Shown here: one piece after another, positions 54,400 through 64,000 of the stretch | How the letters are laid out: each line of letters opens with the position of its first letter | Position numbering within the stretch: position 1 is the first letter of the stretch | DNA from: Trichoplax sp. H2 | Taxonomy: Eukaryota | Assembly: GCA_003344405.1 (NCBI GenBank) | Contig: NOWV01000115.1 | Span: 124,001 to 188,000, forward strand | Length of the DNA: 64,000 nt | Direction: 5' to 3' | The notes under the pieces: generated by a model | What the model saw: only the letters and a program-made list of their open reading frames with translations | Told to the model about the DNA's origin: nothing | Database searches by the model: none | Program-made: the position numbers and the translations under genes

Positions 54400-55995
54400 C
54401 GTCCAACTACCTCCAGTAAAGACAGCAAGTGCAAGCTTATCCTTAACTGTCTGCTGTCTCCTCAAAGTTAACAGAATAAGATTGCCAAGAAAGGCAGTTT
54501 GCAAACTGTTTGCTCATGCTTAAAAACGTTGTCTGCAAAAGCAATTTGACTACCCAACCATTTTACCATACTGGCGTTATTAATTTACGGTAAATATACG
54601 GTCATCAAACTACCTGCAGTACAGTAAATACAGCAAGTGCAAGCTTATCCTTGACGGTCTGCTGTCTGCTCAAAGTCAACTCAATAAGATTGCCTAGAAA
54701 GGCAGTTTGCATCCTGCTTGCTCATGGTTTAATAACATTGCCTGCAAAGCAATTTGTCTGCTGTTTGCTCATGCTTAAAAACGTTGCCTACAAAAGCAAT
54801 TTGACTACCCTACCATTTTACATTACTGGCGTTATTAATTTAAGGTAAATATACGGTCATCAAACTACCTGCAGTACAGTAAATACAGCAAGTGCAAGCT
54901 TATCCTTGACGGTCTGCTGTCTGCTCAAAGTCAACTCAATAAGATTGCCTAGAAGGGCAGTTTGCATCCTGTTTGCTCATGCTTAAAAACGTTGCTTACA
55001 AAATAAGATTGCCTAGAAAGGCAGTTTGCATCCTGTTTGCTCATGCTTAAAAACGTTGCCTACAAAATAAGATTGCCTAGAAAGGCAGTTTGCATCCTGT
55101 TTGCTCATGCTTAAAAACGTTGCTTACAAAATAAGATTGCCTAGAAAGGCAGTTTGCATACTATTTGCCATGGTTAATAACATTGCCTACAAAGCAATTT
55201 GTCTGCTGTTTGCTCATGGTTAATAACATTGCCTAGAAAGGCAATTTGTCTACTGTTTGCTCAAGCTTAAAAACGTTGCCTACAAAAGCAATTTGACTAC
55301 CCAACCATTTTACCTTACTGGCGTTATTAATTTAAGGTAAATATACGGTCATCAAACTACCTGCAGTACAGTAAATACAGCAAGTGCAAGCTTATCCTTG
55401 ACGGTCTGCTGTCTGCTCAAAGTCAACTCAATAAGATTGCCTAGAAGGGCAGTTTGCATCCTGTTTGCTCATGCTTAAAAACGTTGCTTACAAAATAAGA
55501 TTGCCTAGAAAGGCAGTTTGCATACTATTTGCCATGGTTAATAACATTGCCTACAAAGCAATTTGCCTGCTGTTTGCTCATGGTTAATAACATTGCCTAG
55601 AAAGGCAATTTGTCTACTGTTTGCTCAAGCTTAAAAACGTTGCCTACAAAAGCAATTTGACTACCCAACCATTTTACCTTACTGGCGTTATTAATTTAGG
55701 GTAAATATACGGTCATTAGTAAATACAGCAAGTGCAAGCTTATCCTTGACGGTCTGCTGTCTGCTCATAGTCAACTCAATAAGATTGCCCAGAAGGGCAG
55801 TTTGCATCCTGTTTGCTCATGCTTAAAAACCTTGCCTACAGAATAAGATTGCTTAGAAAAGCAGTTTACATACTGTTTGCTCTTGGTGAATAATGTTGTC
55901 TACAAAAGCAATTTGTCTACTGTTTGCTCATGCTTTAAAGCATTGCCTACAAAAGCAATTTTTCTACCCAACCATTTTACCCTATTGGCGTCATT
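54400..55995. repeat. Higher-order tandem array (44-58-bp monomers nested in ~210-490-bp units)
   Basis: Marker 'cagcaagtgcaagcttatcctt' near 54423, 54631, 54886, 55378 and 55726. Monomer 'aataa(g/c)attgccta(g/c)aa(a)ggca(g/a)tttg...tgtttgctcatg' is repeated many times. Confidence 0.95.
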
Positions 55996-56875
55996 AATTT
56001 CCATTTTTGTTCCAATCTATCGTACAGTAGGTGTATTTGACTGCACAGTAGAGTGCCAATTCCAATTTTTGGATTAGTCTGTGGCAGGTGCAATGCACAC
56101 TTGTATAATGAACAGTCTATCTTGTTGTTATAAAGTAGTACTTGATTTACTATGTTTAGTTGGATAACTGATTTGTATCATCGACGTATGTACAGTCTAT
56201 ATGGTTGTTTGTAAACCACCATACACGCTCATATTATCACTTAAAAACAAATTGTACAGCAATCTTGAAGATGACGATTTAGATCGCACAACGAGCCTTT
56301 CTACTTTATGATGGACGTCATAAATTAGTCAGCTATTGGATTGATGTGATAAGATGGCCGTTAGTATTTATAGTATGCCGTTATACAACGTTATTTCTAT
56401 TCTTCTCTACCTACCGTACAATATATATATAAATATGATATAGCAGTTTCAAGGGAATACAACTTTGATTCTTTAACCAAGGGGTACCATCGAAAATAGT
56501 CAGAGTGTATAACGGTAATAATATTGAGAATAAAGTTTACTTTTGCTCTCAAGCTCGAGTGAACTTTTCGAACAGTGTGTTGCAGTCAATGTTCAAAAAA
56601 GAAATGGTAGCAAACGTCGTGGATGTAAATTTGTTTACAAATTGAAATTAATAACTAATTGTATAAATTAATAGTCTTACAAAGCCATCGTATGTAAAAT
56701 TGGAATGCACTACTTTCCAATCCAATCAACCAATAATAAAGTCAAGAAAATACTTGTACAAGAATAAACATTTTCAATATCTTTTAACTGTCGTAAAACG
56801 ATAACTCCATATGAATATCACTCATCTTGCTTGTAGACAATCATTCCACTCCAAGATTGCATTCACAAGGCGGTC

Positions 56876-57030
56876 ACCTAGAATTATTATTATTTTTATT
56901 CAAAATCTCTCCAAATCTTAATTTAAATGTTACAAAATACAGTATACCTAGTAGACCTAGAATTCTTTTTATTTTCAGTCAAAATCTCTCCAAAGCTTAA
57001 TTTTAAAGTTACAAAATACAGTATGCCTGT
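56876..57030. repeat. ~80-bp tandem duplication
   Basis: 'acctagaatt...caaaatctctccaaa.cttaattt.aa.gttacaaaatacagtat.cct' occurs twice. Confidence 0.8.
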
Positions 57031-58263
57031 ATGGAATGGAAATGAACCTCTGCGTGTCAAGTTACATTAATAATTAACACATCACTACGAGCACAAAGTC
57101 AGTTTTAATTACAACAGTTTACGAATAAATGAACGTATTCAAATTTAGTAGGCGCATTTCCTACACAAGACCGAAATGAACCTTAGTACGTCATCCTTAT
57201 AGATATATTAATTGCAGAGACGGCCATTTTCAGTGTCGGTCTTTATTGTAATAACTTTACTAATCTTAATTATTAATATCATACATTCAATCATTATCAT
57301 TGGTAAAAGACCTACAAGCATTCTGGAGAACCTCCGCGATGCTTTCGAAAAGACTGTAATGACCCAGCAGCAAACAGATGGTCAATCTAAAGTCGTACAA
57401 TGTCGATTTTCTTGTCTACTGGTTGTGAGCCTTTTAGAAGGATAGTTCTTAGGCGTTATAGTAGCAGAACTACTGTATATTCTTACTAAATCTTTCGGCA
57501 GATTAGGGTAGTAATCGGTGGTAGCAACTCAAAGTAAGTACTTTACGTTAGACTAGTAAACGTGTCAGGAAGTAGTCTGTGACATAGTTATCCCCATTCC
57601 GAAATGGTATATCCTGAAAAGCATGGAGAAAATAAACTATGCGACACCAATGCAGCAGCAAAGACATCATTAGAGGGCACACTTTTTTTAATACTTGTAC
57701 AATATGACCTCGTCAACTGCGGCTTAAGGCACAGTTGAGAAAAGATTCAGTATAACGAAATTGTCATAAACCAAGTCTTACTGTATTATAGAGTACTAAT
57801 TCTTCGGATGTCTTAATTTAGATAAATCAAAATATGGTACAGTTCGTTGCGACTAGAGACTCTCTCCAGAAAGTCTCTAGTTGCGACCATGTAGCGTAAA
57901 ATGCGAGAAAGCAGTCGGCATGGATCAATATTGTGAATAGTATTCAATGACATGGTCATCGTAATCACAACTACCTTACTTTTATCGACGGACCTCAACA
58001 ATTCTTGCCAAGATGCATAGCATAATAGCAACTACCCACTCTGATATCGTAAAACTAGCTCATCTTTAAACAATCTAAAACAACCAAAACATCAAGAATG
58101 GCACCTGAACTTGACACAGTTCATATTCTAAACTATTACGTTCCTTTCCAAATAAATGACTTTGAGTGACTTGAATTTTGTGTTCTTAGCAACGATCGCC
58201 AGTATTCTCCTGCTATCGTTTACTACAGATAATTCATTAATACTCGTACGGGTATTAGGCATA

Positions 58264-60395
58264 CTAGCTAACCATAGTAATTTTCAGCATTTCAACCGTA
58301 GGGCTATTAAGCATCCCAAAGCCGGCAATATCGCTGCCATCCGCATGAAAAGACTGCAAGGGTACTAGTTGACATTTAAAGTCCCATTTGCGCAATAAAT
58401 GTTCGATTGTTCTGTTACAACTGTAAATACCATGGAGAAATTGGGTTATTTTACCTCAATAAATAGGTGCATTTTAAAATTTTATTCTTCTTACCAACTT
58501 GAAAGCGTATCAATTAGAAATAAAAACCCATTCGAAAATGTACCTTCTTTGTTGATATGTCGTCCAGAATTGACAATTTGGATTTTGTTGCATTATTGCA
58601 TGGACAGTAACTAAAATGTCCTCGAAATCTATCAAAGGAAGGTGAAAAATGAAGCGATGAACGAGTATTGATATGAATAAAAGTGTAGAACATCATTGCA
58701 GTCAAGATTAGTAGTCTGATAGTGTAATAACACAAAATAAACAAGGTAATATAGAAAATGAAGAGAGTAGCTAGTATTCATATGAATAAAAGTACACAAC
58801 AATATTGCAGGAATATTAAATTAGTAGTCTAATCGTGCAATAACCTCAAATTTTCAAAGTAATACAAGATCAACTCATTGCAATGATGTCTACGAAACAT
58901 AAACACACAAACATTTGTATCGACGCGTAGAGTAGCAAAACACCTAAAGTAGATTAACAACAAGTCATCGTTGGACAGTAGATGTAACAAACGCCTTGTT
59001 CCAACATGTTTTATGATCTTATAATCAACTCGATGAAAGATTAGCACAGATACCTTGACTATCGTAAAAACAATCTGAACCAAGAATGATATCCATTGCA
59101 GGTAACTCTAGCAGAGTTGATGATATCTGACCCCAGGTTATTCCTAAAACGACACCATTGTCAATGTTATTCAATTTTAGGTTGGTGTTACAAGCATCTA
59201 GAGCATCGACGAGTTGCTGGCTATCGGATAAAATGACATTGGCACCGCAGCGAGCGGCAACAATTCCAGGTAAAGAAGTTCCAGCTCCTATCTACAATAC
59301 AAGAAGTTTTTGCATAGGCAAATGTCAATACCATGTCAAGTTTATTTTAATCTTAATAAATACTACACAACGCTAGATCTATCGGTAGTTCAAGGCATGC
59401 AAACATACATACCTCCAGTACAGATTTACTTTGAAGTTTTTGCCGATTGTGCCATACATACTGTGCAAGAACAGGAGCAGACGGCCAAATATATAATCCA
59501 TAATCTTGTTGAATTGTCTATACTCGTATATCAAGGATACAGTACTTGACGTTAACTTAACGTGCTATTCAAAAGTGGAACTTCCATTCTAGTACAGTAA
59601 AACCTTGACAGAAACATTTGTTTGCACAGTCTTTATTACAGTAGTCTGCAACAGTAACCAGAGACTTGATCTAACATTTTCTACCTAGTAAGCTAATCTT
59701 CAACATGACATTGTACCAATGTGCCGATCATCTTACCGTTCATTGGAGTGGATCATTTACGAGTACAATTCAATCATGGTTCTATCTACGACTACATGGT
59801 TTAACTCCTATCGAGCACTGTTGAATGGCTAATTTTGAGCTAATGCATCATGAGCAACTGATTTGAAAGCATCCATGCTTGCTTACAAGATTTAGCACAC
59901 TATCTGAGAATGTCCATCTTCTCCTATCAAACTACGTACAACATGATACAGTAATATTTGTACAGCAACATTGGCAAGTACAATTTTTATTCCTAGACGC
60001 CGCAAAAGTAGCCAAGGACAGAAACACTATCGCTCTAGCCCAATTACTCTTCTACGTGACATTCAATAACAGTCCTGTCTAGATATTGATATAGGCATAA
60101 ACCAATATCGCGTTGGTAATATCGCTATGCTAACTGGGCTAGTCCAAGTACAATAACTACTTTGCAAATGCTAACCCAAGTGGCTCATGACGTGCTCATG
60201 TCACATCCAAGATTGGCGATGGAATCATTTTTAGCGAACCATCTACAGTAATGTAAAGTACAGTTGCACCATATCAAAGAATTGGCTTCGACTACCTTTG
60301 CATGATTGTGATATTATACATTGTTGTACCTCTTCTATCGTTACTTCCAAGTGTTCATCTTGATCTTGAAAGGAGAATTTTTTGCATGTCTTCAT
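58264..60395 (-). CDS. METTL23: METTL23-like class I SAM-dependent protein methyltransferase; exons ~60395-60330, 59517-59413, 59291-59054, 58629-58544, 58420-58264
   Basis: Spliced 'MKTCKKFSFQDQDEHLEVTIEE|TIQQDYGLYIWPSAPVLAQYVW..VLE|IGAGTSLPGIVAARCGANVILSD..TWG..DIILGSDCFY|DFEDILVTV..FWTTYQQR|..LLRKWDFKCQLVPLQSFHAD..TVEMLKI'. Matches METTL23 family motifs. Confidence 0.9.
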
Positions 60396-60989
60396 TTTGG
60401 AAACGGACAATCAAATCATCCACCAAATCTTACGTATTACCATCAATTAGTCTATCCCATTCGCCAGCGTTGTTAATAGCTCTAGAACCAGTAGAAAAGC
60501 TGTATTCAAGCAGACTTTAGACTATCAGTATGGATATTTTAAGTTACTTTTCCCACAAGTCCTTTAGGTCAACCTTTCTCTCACAACAGAGCAGCTGGAA
60601 ATTAGCAAATTTAGTCTTTCGAGTACGAGCAATTTTCGATGGTGGTGCACCGTCAAGTATGAGCGCAATACTACAATCGACTTTCAATCATGCAAACTTA
60701 CATTTGTATAGAGCAAGCACACATTCATGATACAGTACAGTACCGACAGTATGCAGTAGCTCATACAGCTAATCTCGGCCATCATGACGAAATTAATGGA
60801 GCTAATCCAAGTTGATGATTATTAATAGAGGACATTGCTACTCGGATTACATCACCATTAGGCTAATTCAAGTATAATCAAAAATTCTACAGAATGGCTT
60901 AAGAGACTTTAGCGGCTCTACGGTAGTGTATATCTACAAGTCAATCTTGGCCTGTATCTTGAAATCATGAAATCAATCTGCAGCAAGAC

Positions 60990-62055
60990 AGAATCCACAT
61001 GAATTGAATTGTGCTCCTATGTCGATAATAGCAGTGATGGCTAATTTATCGAGTTCAATCGAGTAAGTAAGTCTACAATTCAGTCCTGGCCTCAGTCTTC
61101 GAAGGATGATATCTACTGTACTGTAAAATGAACATTAATTTAATAGAGCTCCTATGTTGACAATAGCAGTGATAGCTAATTTATCGAGCTCAATCGAGTA
61201 TGTCTACAATTCCACCCCGTCCTCAGTCTTCAAAGGATCAAATCGATCTACTGCAGAATAAACATTAATTTAATAGTGCTCCTACGTCGATAGTAGCAGT
61301 GATGGCTAATTTATCGAGTTCAATCGAGTAAGTCTACAATTCCACCCCGTCCTCAGTCTTCAAAGGATCAAATCGATCTACTGCAGAATTAACATTAATT
61401 TAATAGTGCTCCTACGTCGATAGTAGCAGTGATGGCTAATTTATCGAGTTCAATCGAGTAAGTCTACAATTCAGTCCTGGCCTCAGTCTTCGAATGATGA
61501 TATCTACTGTAAAATGAACATTAATTTAATAGTGCTCTTATGTTGATCATAGCATTGATGGCTGTTTTATCGATTTCAATCGAGTATGTCTACAATTCAG
61601 TCCTGGCCTCAAATGATCAAATCTACAGCAAAATTATTATCAATTGGATAGTGCTCCTATGTCGATAATAGCAGTGATAGCTAATTTATCGAGTTCAATC
61701 GAGTATGTCTCTAATTCAGTCCTGGCCTCAGTCTTCAAATGATGATATCTACTGAACAGTAAAATAAACATTAATTTAATAGTGCTCCTATGTTGATAAT
61801 AGCAGCGATGACTATTTTATCCAGTTCAATCAAGTATATCCACAATTCAATCCCGCCCTCCATCTTCAAATGATCAAATCAATCTACAACAGAATCAACA
61901 TTAATTTAATAGTGCTTCTATGTTGATCGTAGCAGTGATGGCTGTTTTATCGAATTCAATCGAGTATGTCAACAATTCAGTCTTGAAATAATGAAATCAG
62001 TCTGCAGCAGAATTAACATTAATTTGATGGTGCATCTAGGATGATAATAGCAGCG
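60990..62055. repeat. ~120-135-bp tandem repeat, ~9 copies
   Basis: 'gtgctcctatgtcgataatagcagtgatggctaatttatcgagttcaatcgagta' near 61012, 61147, 61276, 61406, 61532, 61652, 61782, 61912 and 62030. Confidence 0.95.
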
Positions 62056-63436
62056 TTGGCAAAAATAGATTGGAAATTTCTGGTTTCGTGTTATGTCATA
62101 AGTTAAGGATGGTAAACAGTAAAATAAATACACAGAAGGTGCATGTAATATATCCTGATTTTATCTATTAAATAAAGAATATAAATATTTAATTCGGCAC
62201 TATCTGTCCATAGATTAAGAATACTCTTTTGGATACTCTCAAACTATGATAGTTCACTTTAAAGAAAATTCTAAACTTTAATTTGCATGTTTTACTAAAG
62301 AGGCAACTAAAATTCAGCACAAATTGTCAATTTGACATTCAATCCATTACGTAAGCTGGCGACATCGGATACTAAAGTTTACACGGAAATTTTAAACTGA
62401 CAGCGAAAAGTTATCATCACATTTTATTGATATTGAATTTACCTAGAGTAACATATTTTGTGAGATTACGTATATAATATAATCTTGCTATAAATTCTCA
62501 TCAGTATCTTCTAATTGTAAAAAATAAATCGGGAGTTTTAATGTTGCAATCAGATACGATGAGTTTGCCGTACTAAAGCAATAGAAAGCCAGTACAGTAA
62601 AATGTATCATATATCAATAACAACATTTAAGACGTACTTGTAGAGTCTGCAGATGCGTTTAAAGAGCCAACTCTTGCAATGTATAGCAAAAAAAGGATAC
62701 TGCATTAACTACAGTACTAGATTCAAGATAATTACTGCAAGCACTTCTGTGTTACATTATTGAACGAAGATTATAAAGATGTCACTTAGTATTTCATTTT
62801 ATTTACTGTATATATATATACATATACATCTCCAGTAATATTTAGAATTTGAGTGACCTGTGGGCAACTTGAGCTCTCCCATGCCATACTCTATCTAGTA
62901 TATCGTCTAAATATATCATCTAGGGCATTTTTCTTATCATTCTGAAAATTTTAAAATTTGCCTTATTGTCGCCAATCAATTTATCCAATCTCGATAATAA
63001 TACCCACATTTTTACGGATTTACTTTTTTATTAGCATTATTGTTGTTGTGATTTCACAACCATAACAGCTTCGATAATACATTCGGTAGATTTCATTTTT
63101 CATCCGATCGGTAGCATGATTAATTGATTGGTGAGATAGAAATTTATGCGTTGGTAATTAAAGTTAAAATTAGATTATGACTTACATCGTATCATTTTTA
63201 TGAGTACAAACATCATAAGAAGGAGAAGAAAATGCTACTCACCTCAGATAACAGTAAGAAGGGGTTAATAAGCTAGATTAATTATCACCGAACATAACAC
63301 ATAGCATTGTAAAGATGGTATCAGCAATTTTTATAAATAAATAGGGAAAGCTTACGTTATAAGTTCTTCTCGTTCAATAATGACTTACCAACTACAAAAT
63401 GCATTCTCTACACGTAGTGGTCTGTTCTGTAATGGC

Positions 63437-64000
63437 TTAAGGTATCTGTATATCAGCAGAAAATACATGGAATGCAGGGCCGGAAACTTTGACCTCTAAA
63501 GGGTCTCTTCGAAGTATATAAACAGTTGTACGTCCAGGTCTTCCTACAAAATCTCCTTGTTCAGTGTTAACTTTGGCTAATGGTTGTGGAATCATTCCAT
63601 TTCGAACCATATAAGCAGTCAATGGACCTTGAGATGATCCAGTTACTGGGTCTTCTGCAATTCCTATTAAAGGTCCAAACACCCTACTATGTGCATGGCT
63701 GTTTTCATCGACACCATGAGGTGTTAATGCACAATAAAGTATAATATTATGTTGTTCGGCATGAACTTTAGCAGTCTTTTGATTGATATTGAGCTCTTTC
63801 AGCTGTTGCAATGATTTAATAGCAAAATAAACGTAGCGATTAGTTTTTTCCATCAAGATTGGTTTGGATTGATCGATAGCATCTAAATTAATGGCTAATG
63901 CTGCAGCAAGTTGTGCATGATTGAAAGGTAGAGGATCAAGATTAATAGAGAGAGGAAAGAAAGAAATAATCGGTTCTTTACCACTCCAATCGATTTCACC
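63437..64000 (-). CDS. PhzF/PBLD (diaminopimelate-epimerase-fold) family protein, 5'-truncated by the window edge
   Basis: Frame is open from 64000 to the stop at 63437 (GEIDWSGKEP...LMEKTN...). Family motifs 'HSRVFGPLIGIAEDPVTGS' and 'EQGDFVGRPGR..VKVSG'. Confidence 0.88.
   Translation of the reverse strand, partial: GEIDWSGKEPIISFFPLSINLDPLPFNHAQLAAALAINLDAIDQSKPILMEKTNRYVYFAIKSLQQLKELNINQKTAKVHAEQHNIILYCALTPHGVDENSHAHSRVFGPLIGIAEDPVTGSSQGPLTAYMVRNGMIPQPLAKVNTEQGDFVGRPGRTTVYILRRDPLEVKVSGPAFHVFSADIQIP

Noticed and set aside
59518..59540. GTATCCTTGAT just upstream of the METTL23 exon 2 acceptor (U12 branch- or donor-like)
   Set aside because: The matching upstream donor (GTACAA at 60329) is not U12-type and no RTATCCT donor was found upstream.

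Overview
AT-rich, compact eukaryotic (animal-type) genomic DNA with many ~70-150-nt GT-AG introns. Gene content and architecture suggest a basal metazoan such as a placozoan (Trichoplax-like); this is inference only. Left to right: four single-coding-exon, minus-strand class A (rhodopsin-like) GPCR paralogues with non-canonical signature motifs (1.4-16.3 kb); a 111-bp tandem array; POLG2 (+); a ~200-bp tandem array; a FAM234/ITFG3-like FG-GAP membrane protein (+); an intron-containing tRNA-Ile(UAU) (-); a ~1.2-kb (TACAG/CTGTA)n low-complexity block; TMF1 (+); PDPK1 (-); further tandem arrays; METTL23 (-); and the 3' part of an intronless PhzF/PBLD-family gene with a bacterial-type C-terminus (-). 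PDPK1 has a 15-nt first coding exon, a 6.8-kb repeat-filled first intron and a probable U12-type intron. All multi-exon models were spliced by eye, so internal exon boundaries are approximate. No database searches were run.
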